This document shows, in pieces, positions 1-9,842 of a DNA stretch of 64,000 nt. The DNA is from an uncultured Gemmatimonadota bacterium (GTDB lineage Bacteria > 4572-55). Position 1 is the first letter of the stretch, and each line of letters starts with the position of its first letter. A program made the translations under genes and the position numbers. Location: the NCBI GenBank assembly GCA_964404765.1, contig CAYOLL010000005.1, positions 6,199 to 70,198 of the forward strand. Direction: 5' to 3'. The notes under the pieces were generated by a model. It ran no database searches, had not been told where the DNA came from, and was given only the letters and a program-made list of their open reading frames with translations.

Positions 1-2016
1 GCCCAAGACGCCTTTAACAATAACTTTGTCGTGCCCAGCCCGCCGGCCACGCCGCAAGTCACGGTCGTACCGGGTGACCAGGAGATCGTGCTGTACTGGG
101 GCGATGAATCGGAAGCGGATGACGGTGTTAATCCGTATAAGTTTGAAGGCTACAATGTTTACCAGATTGATCGCATCGGCGGAAATGCAAACACAAAGCT
201 GATCGCCAGCTTTGATGTGCGTAACGACGTAACCACGATTCTGGAAGATGTTTTTGATCCGGCGTCACAACAGGTGGAAACAAGAATCACCCGGCGTGGC
301 AGCGATTCCGGCATTCAACGCTCCTTTCATATAACGCAGGATGAAATTCGCGGACTTAGCCTTTATAATCAATCCACTTATTATTTTGCGGTTTCGGCCT
401 ATTCGTATAATCCTACGGAAGGCGTGCTGATCAAAACGTTGGAAAGTAGCCCCAAAATTCTTGAAAGCCTTAACCCGCAAACCGGCATTATGGAGCCGGG
501 AATTTCGCCCTACAAACCGGTTGCCGGCGATGCGTTCCATGCGGAATACGGCGAAGGCTTGGAAGTTGACCATACCGGCGTCAGCGATGGCGCGGTGGAA
601 GCAGAGGTTATTGATCCAAGCGCTTTAACCGGCGATGACTATAAAGTAAGTTTTAGAAACGTTACCGGTGATGACGGCAACATCTGCGGCTTTGATGAAG
701 CCGATCACGATGAAGACGGGCAGCCGGATCATATTGCGATTGAGGCTTGCACTGTGTGGGATCTGAAAACCACCGGCGGGCGCACCGTATTGCACGATCA
801 ACTCCAGTTGGCCAATACCAACACCAGCGATTTACCGATCACCGAGGGTTTTATCACCAAAGTGGCCGGTCCGTTGCCCGGTATCAAGCGTTGCGATGTA
901 TTCGACTGCCCGGATGACAATACTACCTGGGGCTGGGACATCCCGAAAGGAACGCGTCGTTTCACGTTTGCCAGCGCCGATATGTCCGGCTTTGGCGTTT
1001 TTGAAGGTTTTCAACATGCCATCGGTTGGTCGACCTCGCCGTGTATGTTTGGTGGCGGTTGTGGGGAGCCGACAGTTCCGGCCAGCAACATCAAACAAGT
1101 CAAGTTAGTTTTGGCAACGGTGGCGGATGGCGCGGTGTCTTGGAACCCGACTTTTGATGTTAATGACCCCAATGTTTCCTACGCCTATCGCTATTTGCGC
1201 GGCGCGAATGCTGCTCCGGCCAAGCCGGAGTTTGCGCCCTTTTTCGTCAACAAGACGGCTGGTTACGCTTATCAGGATTATGTCAAGAGCGTACCGTTAG
1301 CCGCGTATGATATGGACGTAACTCCGCCGCGCCGTTTGGCTTTGGCCTTTATGGAAAATAACAACGTCAATGGTCTGGTGGACGGCAAGTATTGGCCGCG
1401 AAGCAGCGCCGACGCCATTGAAAACACGGCGACCCGTGAATGGCTGTTTATCCTGAATGCGGACTATACGGATACGCCGAATGCAGCGCTCAACTACACC
1501 GGCCAATTGCTGACCAACAGCGTGATTCCGGTTATGTACTGGTGCGGTTGGAACCGTCGTGGCCCGGCGCCATTCTCGCCCGGAGGTACGGGTGCTGATG
1601 AGTTTTTGATTAATCCAAGCCGTATCAATACGACCAGCGATGTGTTTGCTTTTACAACGCCGGAACCGACCCGAAACGATGAGGCGTTGGGCAAAGAAGC
1701 GCTGAAGAACATCAAGGTCGTGCCCAACCCGTACTTTGCCAAATCAGTCTATGATAAGGATAATCTCCAGCGTGTCATTAAGTTCACGAATTTGCCGCGT
1801 ACCTGCACGATCCGCATCTTCAATCTGGCCGGAGACCTGGTGCGCACGATGGACAAGACGGATACGGAATTGCCTTACTACGACTGGGATCTGTGGAACC
1901 ATACCGGCATTCCGATCGCCAGCGGTGTTTATATCTGGCATGTGGAGTCGGAGTACGGCGAGCAGACAGGTAAAATGGCTGTCTTTCCTGAACAAGAACG
2001 CCTGGACACGTATTGA
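1..2016 (+). CDS. Large secreted protein with T9SS C-terminal sorting domain, 5'-truncated by the window edge
   Basis: Frame 1 is open from nt 1, so the true start lies upstream of the window and the listed start at 31 is internal. The last ~90 aa (KVVPNPYF...IRIFNLAGDLVRTM...GVYIWHVESEYGEQTGKMAVF) match the conserved T9SS C-terminal tail that recurs in three other proteins here. Confidence 0.6.
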   Translation, partial: AQDAFNNNFVVPSPPATPQVTVVPGDQEIVLYWGDESEADDGVNPYKFEGYNVYQIDRIGGNANTKLIASFDVRNDVTTILEDVFDPASQQVETRITRRGSDSGIQRSFHITQDEIRGLSLYNQSTYYFAVSAYSYNPTEGVLIKTLESSPKILESLNPQTGIMEPGISPYKPVAGDAFHAEYGEGLEVDHTGVSDGAVEAEVIDPSALTGDDYKVSFRNVTGDDGNICGFDEADHDEDGQPDHIAIEACTVWDLKTTGGRTVLHDQLQLANTNTSDLPITEGFITKVAGPLPGIKRCDVFDCPDDNTTWGWDIPKGTRRFTFASADMSGFGVFEGFQHAIGWSTSPCMFGGGCGEPTVPASNIKQVKLVLATVADGAVSWNPTFDVNDPNVSYAYRYLRGANAAPAKPEFAPFFVNKTAGYAYQDYVKSVPLAAYDMDVTPPRRLALAFMENNNVNGLVDGKYWPRSSADAIENTATREWLFILNADYTDTPNAALNYTGQLLTNSVIPVMYWCGWNRRGPAPFSPGGTGADEFLINPSRINTTSDVFAFTTPEPTRNDEALGKEALKNIKVVPNPYFAKSVYDKDNLQRVIKFTNLPRTCTIRIFNLAGDLVRTMDKTDTELPYYDWDLWNHTGIPIASGVYIWHVESEYGEQTGKMAVFPEQERLDTY

Positions 2017-2032
2017 TCCTGACATGAACCAA

Positions 2033-2062
2033 ACCCCAAGGGTCATAAAACCTTGGGGTTTA
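2033..2062 (+). terminator. Rho-independent terminator after the 1..2016 gene
   Basis: The stem CCCCAAGG / CCTTGGGG is directly visible, followed by TTTAA, 17 nt after the stop codon. Confidence 0.5.
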
Positions 2063-2095
2063 ACCCTAAGCATAGAAATTTGGGAGGTTTGAAAA

Positions 2096-3109
2096 ATGAG
2101 AAAGCAAGTATATGTTTTGGCCATATTAGGCCTGTTTATCTGGGCAGATGCGGCTTTGGCGGATAAGGATCGCGTGGGAACGGCCGGCGCATTGGAGTTG
2201 CGTCTGCCGATCGGCGCGCGTTCGACCGCTTTGGGCGGCGCTGTCCTGGCGGACGTGAAGGGTCCGGAAGCCTTATACTGGAATCCGGCCGGCGCGGCTG
2301 GCGGTGAAGGTTTTGATGTCATGTTCTCGAGTGGTGACTGGTTAGCCGATATGAAGCTGAATTATTTTGCGTTTACAGCCGGCAGCGGTTTCGGGACGGT
2401 CGGCATCAGCGCCAAAGTATTGGATCTCGGCGAGTGGGAACAAACCACGTATGATCAACCGGAGGGCACAGGTTTGATGGTGCGACCCACATTTATCACG
2501 CTGGGTTTAACCTATGCCAAGCAAATGACGGACCGGGTTTCCTTTGGCGGGACCTTCAATTACGTCAACGAGTCGATCATGAACGAGTCGGCCAAAGGTT
2601 TTGCTATGGATTTTGGTTTTCAATACAAAACACCGATGCAAGGTTTGAACTTTGGCGTTCTTTTAAAGTCGATCGGGCCGGATATGAAGTTTTCGGGCTC
2701 GGATTTTGAATACGCTCAACGGTTGGATGAGTTTGATCCGGACTTCAGAAACGCGTTTCTCCGGTTAACTCCGGCTTCGTTCGAAATTCCGTCCAGCATT
2801 TTGTTCGGCCTTTCATATCAGGCGATGAAATCTGATATGTATGCGCTGAATCTGACGTCGGATGCGCAGCTCAATAACCATTCGGATGAGGAATTCCGTT
2901 TTGGTGGTGAGTTTGCCTACAATGACATGCTGTTTTTACGCGGCGGTTATGTTGGCAGCGGTCAGACCGACTACTTGTTCGGCGGTTCATTTGGAGCAGG
3001 CGTTAAGCTCAACTTGGGTGGTTCACCGATTAATATTGACTATTCCTATGTTCCGATTACCAACTATTTTGACAACCAAAACTGGTTTAGCGTCAAAATG
3101 GGTTTCTAA
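2096..3109 (+). CDS. Outer-membrane beta-barrel protein of the PorV/PorQ (FadL-like, T9SS-associated) type
   Basis: It has a signal peptide (LAILGLFIWADAALA). The N-terminal motif GARSTALGGAVLADVKGPEALYWNPAG and the aromatic C-terminal end (SVKMGF) are typical of PorV/PorQ-family barrels. An SD site (gggagg) lies 8 nt upstream, and the gene sits directly downstream of a T9SS cargo gene. A paralog is at 56270..57523. Confidence 0.5.
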   Translation: MRKQVYVLAILGLFIWADAALADKDRVGTAGALELRLPIGARSTALGGAVLADVKGPEALYWNPAGAAGGEGFDVMFSSGDWLADMKLNYFAFTAGSGFGTVGISAKVLDLGEWEQTTYDQPEGTGLMVRPTFITLGLTYAKQMTDRVSFGGTFNYVNESIMNESAKGFAMDFGFQYKTPMQGLNFGVLLKSIGPDMKFSGSDFEYAQRLDEFDPDFRNAFLRLTPASFEIPSSILFGLSYQAMKSDMYALNLTSDAQLNNHSDEEFRFGGEFAYNDMLFLRGGYVGSGQTDYLFGGSFGAGVKLNLGGSPINIDYSYVPITNYFDNQNWFSVKMGF

Positions 3110-3144
3110 CCACTTGCGTTAAGCTTGTTTTGTTTTAAGAAAGT

Positions 3145-3188
3145 GGGAGGCTCGGCACGTAGCACGCCGGCCTCCCATTTTGCATTTT
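3145..3188 (+). terminator. Rho-independent terminator
   Basis: The stem GGGAGGC...GCCTCCC is followed by ATTTTGCATTTT. Confidence 0.5.
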
Positions 3189-3300
3189 AGGTTCATGGGA
3201 TAAGATGGTGAAATCTTGCGAAGGCTTAATTTGAAATCCACATGTTATGTGCACTGAAGCCTTCGCAAGGTTGGATTTTCACAAGCTTGTTCCATGAGCC
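3184..3300 (-). repeat. MITE-like interspersed repeat, type A copy, with an internal hairpin
   Basis: About 90% identical to the reverse complement of 54321..54431. It contains a perfect 14-bp inverted repeat CCTTGCGAAGGCTT / AAGCCTTCGCAAGG and one terminal motif GGCTCATGGAACAAG. Confidence 0.7.
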
Positions 3301-3345
3301 CCATTTTAGATGTTGGATTGCGGATTGCAGACATAAACAAATTCT

Positions 3346-3490
3346 GGCTCATAGAACAAGTTTGTGGAAACCGACCTGTCATTCCCGCACGTTTTTAGCG
3401 GGAATCCAGTTGCGACGGGGGTTTTGGATGCCCGATAGAAGCATTCGGGCATGACAGTTCTCTCATTTCCACAAACTTGTACGAAGAGCC
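3346..3490 (+). repeat. MITE-like repeat, type B copy, with 25-bp terminal inverted repeats
   Basis: The left end is GGCTCATAGAACAAGTTTGTGGAAA and the right end is TTTCCACAAACTTGTACGAAGAGCC, which is its reverse complement with 3 mismatches. Internal hairpins ATTCCCGC/GCGGGAAT and ATGCCCGA/TCGGGCAT are present. The terminal motif is shared with the type A copies. Confidence 0.6.
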
Positions 3491-3547
3491 CAAATTCTCC
3501 AATCCACGCCTGTAATCCGTAATTGTCTTAATTTACTGGAGGTTATT

Positions 3548-5056
3548 ATGGAAAAGATTTTCCGAAACATATTTTTGCTCTTTATAAGCTGGACTGCAAT
3601 CACTAATGTTGCGGCGGCTGAGCCCGATTTTCCCGTTTGGTATGATCTGGCTTTTTTTAAATTCAATCAAAAAAGTCAAGTTTATTGCGAGCTTTATATC
3701 AGCGTAGACATCGCCAAACTGACACAATCGAAAGAAAAGCCGGAAGTCGGCTACAGTGCAAATTTGCGTATTACCTCCGGCAATGACGAAAAAAGCGTTG
3801 TTGATGAAAAATGGAATCAGCACAAAACATTAGTAACGACTGCTGAAAAAGGCAATGAAGTTATATTGGACCAGGTTAGTTTTGTTCTTGCTCCGGGAAG
3901 TTATGTTCTTAATCTACAGCTAAAAGATTTGTATAGTGAACGGATCGCTGCCTATCAGGATTCGATTGTAGCGCCCGCATTTGCAACGGGGACACTCGCA
4001 CTGAGCGATGTTCAACTATGCAACAATATTGAGGCGGCTAAGGGTGCGGCAGCATTTACAAAAAACGGGCTGACGGTTGTGCCCCATCCAACCCGGCTAT
4101 ATGGTTCACATTTGCCGTATCTGTTTTTTTATGCTGAAGCTTATAATATTGACATTCCCGCCGGCGCAGCGCAATCGCTGCAGGCTGAGTATAACGTTCA
4201 AACGCTGGAAGGTCGGCTGATACAGAAATTTCCCCCACAACAAATTAGTGTTGTCGATCATTCGGCGCAATTGGCCAGCCGCATAAAAGTCGAAGAATTG
4301 CCGGCCGGGCACTATAATTTGGCGCTAAAAGTTTCTGACCTTAAATCAGGACAAACTGCCGAGGCAAAAACAATATTTCATGTTTATCAACCGCCACAGC
4401 CGCTGATTGCAAATAATGAGCCCATGTTTACAATACCGGAATTAACAGAAGTTTCGGAGAAAGAATATTACTCAGAGGCTCTTTATCATCTGACGGATCG
4501 CGATAAAAAATTATATAACACCCTGATATTGGAAGGAAAGCGTCAGTTTTTAATCGACTTTTGGATTGCAAAAGATCCAACGCCGGAAACAGAGATAAAC
4601 GAATTTTATCTTGAAAACAAACGGCGGGTTCTCATTGCGGATCAGGAGTTCAAATATGGGGTGACACCCGGTTGGAAAACGGACCGGGGCCGCGTATTTA
4701 TTTTGTATGGCCCGCCGAATGAAATTCAACGCGAATCTATGTCGAAAGAATATGCGCCGAATATTATCTGGATATATAACGATTTGGAAAATGTTACTTT
4801 AAATTCTGAAAGAGTTTCTGACTATGCTTTGCAGGAAGATATTACCCTTATCCAGGGTAAGTCTCCTTATTTTGTTTTCGCCCAAATGAATAACGACGGT
4901 AAAAATACGCTGGTTCATTCGAATGTCGTGGGCGAAGTTCAAGATATGGATTGGCGGCGCCGAATTCGGAAATTCTCTGGCCGTAAGCCGGGTGCGATGA
5001 GTGATCAAGTCAAAGAATATTTGGGGGGGAAAGACCCGACTACGGGTGGAAACTGA
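3548..5056 (+). CDS. GWxTD domain-containing secreted protein
   Basis: It has a signal peptide (LLFISWTAITNVAAA) and a C-terminal GWKTDRGRVFILYGPPNE motif characteristic of the GWxTD domain family. A strong SD (ggagg) lies 6 nt upstream. Confidence 0.6.
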   Translation: MEKIFRNIFLLFISWTAITNVAAAEPDFPVWYDLAFFKFNQKSQVYCELYISVDIAKLTQSKEKPEVGYSANLRITSGNDEKSVVDEKWNQHKTLVTTAEKGNEVILDQVSFVLAPGSYVLNLQLKDLYSERIAAYQDSIVAPAFATGTLALSDVQLCNNIEAAKGAAAFTKNGLTVVPHPTRLYGSHLPYLFFYAEAYNIDIPAGAAQSLQAEYNVQTLEGRLIQKFPPQQISVVDHSAQLASRIKVEELPAGHYNLALKVSDLKSGQTAEAKTIFHVYQPPQPLIANNEPMFTIPELTEVSEKEYYSEALYHLTDRDKKLYNTLILEGKRQFLIDFWIAKDPTPETEINEFYLENKRRVLIADQEFKYGVTPGWKTDRGRVFILYGPPNEIQRESMSKEYAPNIIWIYNDLENVTLNSERVSDYALQEDITLIQGKSPYFVFAQMNNDGKNTLVHSNVVGEVQDMDWRRRIRKFSGRKPGAMSDQVKEYLGGKDPTTGGN

Positions 5057-5124
5057 TAGCGGGCGCGGGGTTGCTTCTTTTGGCTGTTTACGAAAATGGG
5101 AGTAAACAAGGCACACACAAGTAT

Positions 5125-5172
5125 AGCGCGAATTGTCTAAAGCGCACCCGCGCGGATAAGGCAATTCGCGCT
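5125..5172. terminator. Bidirectional hairpin between convergent genes
   Basis: AGCGCGAATTG ... CAATTCGCGCT forms an 11-bp stem with a GC-rich loop, lying between the stop codons of the 3548..5056 and 5183..5683 genes. Confidence 0.45.
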
Positions 5173-5182
5173 ACGAAGCGGA

Positions 5183-5683
5183 TTAGTTTTCATTAATACT
5201 AACAAAATACAAAGACTTCGGCGCTTCCGGCTCAAACTGTGTTGCCCATTCTTTTGAGACCATTAAAACGATAGGCCAGCTTGTACTATCAATATCTTGA
5301 TACAGCGCGGAGCCATTAGCAAATGCGTCTACAAAATCAAAAACTTCGTTAAAATCATCGAGCGAGTCGCTGTCCTGCTTACCAAAAAGACGCGCAGCAA
5401 TTAAATCATAAACAATTAAGCCAAAATCTCGCGTTTCTGTAATCCCCCATCGACTTAAGACCATCTGCGCCATGCAGCCAAACTCGCTAAGCGCAACTTT
5501 ATGAAGACCCCGACTTAGTTCCCGTCCGGTCACATGATGCGGCTTGTCGTCTTCATGCGGATTTATAGCGGTCATTGCGTAGCGTACAAAGTCGTAAGCC
5601 ATTGGTGCAAAGTTTTTAGAAGGGTCAATCAGATGCCCGTCCGGCGTCATGATTTTGTTTAACATTTGGATAAAGTGGGACAT
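5183..5683 (-). CDS. Hypothetical protein (166 aa)
   Basis: This is a clean ORF between a terminator and the moaA gene. No family was recognised from the sequence. Confidence 0.4.
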   Translation of the reverse strand: MSHFIQMLNKIMTPDGHLIDPSKNFAPMAYDFVRYAMTAINPHEDDKPHHVTGRELSRGLHKVALSEFGCMAQMVLSRWGITETRDFGLIVYDLIAARLFGKQDSDSLDDFNEVFDFVDAFANGSALYQDIDSTSWPIVLMVSKEWATQFEPEAPKSLYFVSINEN

Positions 5684-5729
5684 ACCCTCTCACGATAGAA
5701 TGATTATGTGAAAATTAAAATAGCAGGCA

Positions 5730-6836
5730 TCAGCCGCCAATAAAGTACATTTCGACCTTTTTTGGGTGGGCATCCGGATGGCCGGCTCGTTCTTCGGAGT
5801 AGCGATCCCGTCGGCTTTGCCAAATCCCTTGAATATGGGTAAATATCTCGTCGTCAGAAGCCCCGCTTCGCAATAGTTTTCTCAGATCAAAACCGGCAAC
5901 AGCAAATAAGCAGGTAAAAAGTTCGCCGTCGGCAGATAGTCTCGCCCGACTACATCCACCACAAAAAGGCTGTGTAACCGACGAAATAAAGCCGATCTCG
6001 CCGCTTCCATCGGCAAAAGCATAGCGCTCGGCCACTTCCCCATGATAGTTTTTCCCCAACGGAATCAGCTTGAAATGCTGACTTAGCATGGCTAAAATTT
6101 GGGCCGATGGCACGACGGCCTGCGGTTCCCACCCATTGCGAGTGCCCACATCCATATACTCAATAAAGCGAACAATAAGGCCTGTTGCTTTGAAACGCCG
6201 GACAATATCCAACAAGGTATGGTCATTTACACCACGCTGCACAACGACATTTAGCTTAATTGGTTGCAGCCCGACTTTTTCGGCGGCGGCGATACCTTCT
6301 AAAACGCGCTCGGGGTTGTAACCGCGTCCGTTCATTCTGGCAAAAACATCGGCATCCAAAGAATCCAGACTAATGGTGATGCGCTGCAAGCCGGCAGCTT
6401 TAAGGGCGGCGGCATCACGAGCCAGGTAGTGACCATTAGTCGTCAGCGCAATATCCATGATGCCGGGAATGGCGACAAGTCTGGTAATCAGATCCGATAA
6501 ATCTTTGCGTAATAGCGGCTCACCACCGGTTAAGCGCAATTTGGTCACGCCAAGCCGCGCAAACTGCCGCGCCAGGCGCTCAATTTCTGCGAAAGTCAGT
6601 AATTGATCTTTTTTGAGAAATGAGTAGTTATCCGGGAAAATTTCCGCCGGCATACAATAGGGACAGCGGAAATTGCAAGCGTCTATGACGGAAATTCGCA
6701 GATCGTGCAGCGGTCGATTAAAGGCGTCACGGCCCGCCGGCGTTGCGGTCAAAGCCGGCTCAGCCCCAGCGATAGAGCAGGGTTTTGTAACCTGCGGGGA
6801 AGTGTTTAATTTTTGCAGGGAGTTCAATAAATCCAT
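5730..6836 (-). CDS. moaA: GTP 3',8-cyclase (molybdenum cofactor biosynthesis protein A)
   Basis: Radical-SAM CxxxCxxC motif (CNFRCPYCMP), the GGEPLL motif and the C-terminal FCGGCSRARLSADGELFTCLF region are all present. The ORF extends to 6908, but the start was chosen at an internal ATG (MDLLNS) to limit overlap with moeA; the start is uncertain. Confidence 0.75.
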   Translation of the reverse strand: MDLLNSLQKLNTSPQVTKPCSIAGAEPALTATPAGRDAFNRPLHDLRISVIDACNFRCPYCMPAEIFPDNYSFLKKDQLLTFAEIERLARQFARLGVTKLRLTGGEPLLRKDLSDLITRLVAIPGIMDIALTTNGHYLARDAAALKAAGLQRITISLDSLDADVFARMNGRGYNPERVLEGIAAAEKVGLQPIKLNVVVQRGVNDHTLLDIVRRFKATGLIVRFIEYMDVGTRNGWEPQAVVPSAQILAMLSQHFKLIPLGKNYHGEVAERYAFADGSGEIGFISSVTQPFCGGCSRARLSADGELFTCLFAVAGFDLRKLLRSGASDDEIFTHIQGIWQSRRDRYSEERAGHPDAHPKKVEMYFIGG

Positions 6837-7962
6837 CACTTTCCGCCAGGGTGATAAAATCGCCGGATGTATTGGTGGGCATGGGTTGTGCCGTGCGATT
6901 GCCATCAACGGCGATCGTAACTTTGACGGGCAAAAAATAGGTCATAGGCTGTTCAAAAATAAACGGTTCACGCAATAAAGCAAATTCTTTGGCCGATTCC
7001 GGGTTGCTGATTGAGCTGTTTAAAAACGGCAGGACATATCGGTGGAAACAAATTAGCGCCGAAACCGGATTGCCCGGCAAAGCAAACACAGGCTGGTCGC
7101 GTTTGCTGCGGCCATACCAAAAGGGTTTGCCCGGGCGTTGATTCACGCCATGAAAGAGACATTTAACCCCCAGCTCTTCCAGGGTGGAAGGGACCAGGTC
7201 AAATCTGCCTTTTGAAATACCGCCGGATAAAATCAAGACGTCAAAGGTAGACAAAATAGCATCCAGACGACGCGCGAGTTCTCGCTTTTCATCCGGCAGG
7301 TGCATCCGTTCTACTCTTTTAAAGCCGGAGCGATGCAAAGCCGCCCGGATCGCATAACCATTCGTTTCGCGGATTTGATAGGGAAGAACCGGATCGCAGA
7401 TGTCAACAACTTCGTTTCCGGTTGTTACAATAACAATTGACGGCGCGCGCCTAACCGGCACTGTGGCACAGCCAACAGCGGCGGCTATGGCAATTTGGGG
7501 AGAGCCCAGCACCACGCCACGGCGTAAGACAACTTGTGCTTTTTTGCAGTCCGAGCCTTGGACATGAATATTTTGTAACAGGCGCGCTTCCGTCCCCGGC
7601 GATACAGTTACCTCATTGCTCGTTAGGGTTAGCTGCTCATAAGGGATCACACAATCGCAGCTTTTATCCAGCGCTGAGCCGGTCATGATTTCAATACATG
7701 TTGTGTCATCCTTTACTGCAAGAGGCGCTTGCCCGGCGGCTTGTGCACCAACCAACTTAAAAGTGCGCTGCCCGCGTTGCCAGGCAGAGTAGGCGATGGC
7801 AATACCATCCATCGTAACCCGATTATAAGGCGGCAGATCACGCTCGGCAAAGATATCACCCTCTAAAACACGCTCTTCCGCTTCTGTAACAGGACAGTCA
7901 ATTGTTGGAAACAGAGACAGTGTATCCATAATAATTTTTTGTGCTTCTTGAACTGAGATCAT
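6760..7962 (-). CDS. moeA: Molybdopterin molybdenumtransferase
   Basis: It is ~400 aa with MoeA N-terminal, MPT-binding (GGVSMG-like SGGISKG) and C-terminal domains, and lies upstream of moaA on the same strand. Confidence 0.75.
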   Translation of the reverse strand: MISVQEAQKIIMDTLSLFPTIDCPVTEAEERVLEGDIFAERDLPPYNRVTMDGIAIAYSAWQRGQRTFKLVGAQAAGQAPLAVKDDTTCIEIMTGSALDKSCDCVIPYEQLTLTSNEVTVSPGTEARLLQNIHVQGSDCKKAQVVLRRGVVLGSPQIAIAAAVGCATVPVRRAPSIVIVTTGNEVVDICDPVLPYQIRETNGYAIRAALHRSGFKRVERMHLPDEKRELARRLDAILSTFDVLILSGGISKGRFDLVPSTLEELGVKCLFHGVNQRPGKPFWYGRSKRDQPVFALPGNPVSALICFHRYVLPFLNSSISNPESAKEFALLREPFIFEQPMTYFLPVKVTIAVDGNRTAQPMPTNTSGDFITLAESDGFIELPAKIKHFPAGYKTLLYRWG

Positions 7963-8068
7963 TTCCCCCCCTCATAAGTTATACAATGTAGTTTAAATAA
8001 TTACATCGCTCCGTAAGTTAAACGGTTGACAAAAAATTTGCTACTACAAACCATTAAATTGCTTCTTT

Positions 8069-8710
8069 TTAAGGGCATAAACCCGCAAAAACCTTTCGCC
8101 GCAATTCCAACATCGGAAAGGCTGGTCCAGGGTCGCATTTTCGCTCCGGCGCAATTTCATCGTGCCCGACAAGCCAACGAATAGGATAATAGTTCGCTAA
8201 GATACGACAAATCATCTCCAATTTGCAAATCTGCAGATCTGGATAACGATGCCAATAAGATAACCCAGTTTCATTAGGATGTACGGCGCACACCACTTCG
8301 TCTCTCGGATACAGCCGCTTACACCAGGAAATAAATTGATCCTTATCCTGCTGAAGTCGCCCGGCATTATCCATTTCAATACCAAGAGCATATTTGTTTA
8401 AACCATCCCGGCCGGTATGTTGGCTGATACCGGCATGCCAGCCCACAATGTTAAAGGGCAGCAGTTGCCAAACGGTAGCGTCTCGTCCGATAACCAGATG
8501 TGCGGATACTTGCGCCGCGGGATCACACAGGCGATTTACGGCTTCTTCCGCTGACGGCAGATCGGTGTAATGGATAACAATTGTATCGGGCAAATCAGGG
8601 GCAAAAGGGTTGCCACGATTTGGTGTTTCACAGTGCAGCACAGTTGGATCAACCAGTCGATGTTTTTCAATGCGCTTGAGAAAACTGCAGCCAAAATTAC
8701 GCATTTTCAA
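8069..8710 (-). CDS. N-acetylmuramoyl-L-alanine amidase, AmpD/amidase_2 (PGRP) family
   Basis: Motifs IVIHYTD, SAHLVIGRDATVWQL and VGWHAG are typical of the zinc amidase_2 fold. Confidence 0.65.
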   Translation of the reverse strand: MKMRNFGCSFLKRIEKHRLVDPTVLHCETPNRGNPFAPDLPDTIVIHYTDLPSAEEAVNRLCDPAAQVSAHLVIGRDATVWQLLPFNIVGWHAGISQHTGRDGLNKYALGIEMDNAGRLQQDKDQFISWCKRLYPRDEVVCAVHPNETGLSYWHRYPDLQICKLEMICRILANYYPIRWLVGHDEIAPERKCDPGPAFPMLELRRKVFAGLCP

Positions 8711-8788
8711 CCAAATCCTTTTCTTAGCAGTTGACAGCGTTCATAAAAACCTTTATGATATAGCACACTTTTTAATAGGGGAGGTCCT

Positions 8789-9187
8789 ATGCAATTTTTA
8801 GATTCGCTTAAAAATAATGAATTGGTCGTAAATTTCATCAAAAATGACGAAAATACCTTTGTTCTATCCTTACGCGGCAAAGTTTCGTCAACTTTGACCG
8901 GCTCCATCTTGAGCAAAGATCAGACCCCATATACGGAACATCTGCTAAAGCCAAGCTTACCTTGGGAGCGGGTGGTGATTGATTTCCGCGGCTTGACCTA
9001 TATTAACTCGATTGGCGCGGGTCTGATTATTGCACTCTACCGTATTGTCAGTCAATCTTCAAAACATGCAATTTTATTATTCCGAAACGGCGGCATTGTG
9101 GCCGAGACGCTGGAATCTGTTGGTTTTTTCAAAATTTACCAGCCCAAGGTTGTTTGGGATAACTATGATGACGCCGTTAAAAGTTAG
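8789..9187 (+). CDS. STAS-domain protein (anti-sigma-factor antagonist-like)
   Basis: The core VIDFRGLTYINSIGAGLIIALYR matches the SpoIIAA/RsbV STAS domain. It forms a tandem paralog pair with the next gene. Confidence 0.6.
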   Translation: MQFLDSLKNNELVVNFIKNDENTFVLSLRGKVSSTLTGSILSKDQTPYTEHLLKPSLPWERVVIDFRGLTYINSIGAGLIIALYRIVSQSSKHAILLFRNGGIVAETLESVGFFKIYQPKVVWDNYDDAVKS

Positions 9188-9193
9188 TCCCTT

Positions 9194-9652
9194 ATGGCGG
9201 TTATTTTACCTAAACTATATTTTGAGCGATGCTTAAGTTGTACTATGAATGTCATTAATGAAGTGAGCAATCAGGAGCTAAAATTGCGGTATTTACGTGA
9301 GAAAGAAGAAACGAACGCTACCCTTATTTTAGCTTTTGAAGGCCGTGTCTCCAGAACAAATACCGGGATTTTATTGGATATCGACCAACCGTTTATTCAG
9401 CATGAACTGTTGGCGAAACCTGCTTTTTGGAAGCGCGTTATCTTTGATTTACGGGAGTTGGACTACGTAAACTCAACTGGCGCTGCCGCCATTGTTGCTC
9501 TTCATCGGATTGTCTCCCGCACTTTTGAAAGAACCATTATGCTGGTGATGCGTGATTCGATTGCGATGATTGCCCTGCAAAGCATCGGTTTTATGCGGAT
9601 CGGTGAAAAATACATCGTTTGGGATGATTATGAGGCTGCATTAAATTTTTAA
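9194..9652 (+). CDS. STAS-domain protein (anti-sigma-factor antagonist-like), paralog
   Basis: The core VIFDLRELDYVNSTGAAAIVALHR is a STAS domain. The start could instead be the internal ATG at 9245 (MNVINE). Confidence 0.55.
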   Translation: MAVILPKLYFERCLSCTMNVINEVSNQELKLRYLREKEETNATLILAFEGRVSRTNTGILLDIDQPFIQHELLAKPAFWKRVIFDLRELDYVNSTGAAAIVALHRIVSRTFERTIMLVMRDSIAMIALQSIGFMRIGEKYIVWDDYEAALNF

Positions 9653-9842
9653 CCTCAGCGCAGATTAGCAGGCATAACCATTTCTAGTAAAAAGAAATAC
9701 ATGAACAGTTAGCTATAGATTTTGATCTAATTGCAGACATGGGGGCAGTTTAAACCGTATTAGCTATCAAGCATCTGTTTGTTATAATGCGAGGGATAGC
9801 TGACAAATTTAACATCTTAACCTGTCCCAACAAGGATCCCGC

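Noticed and set aside
5730-6908. Full-length 392-aa moaA ORF and the long ORFs for the sigma factor (to 26982), Ada (to 31093), ThrS (to 44986), GT2 (to 39494), PheS (to 41605) and VOC protein (to 29910)
   Set aside because: In each case, conserved family N-termini begin at an internal ATG. The upstream extensions are unconserved and hydrophobic or overlap the neighbouring gene, so shorter coordinates were reported.
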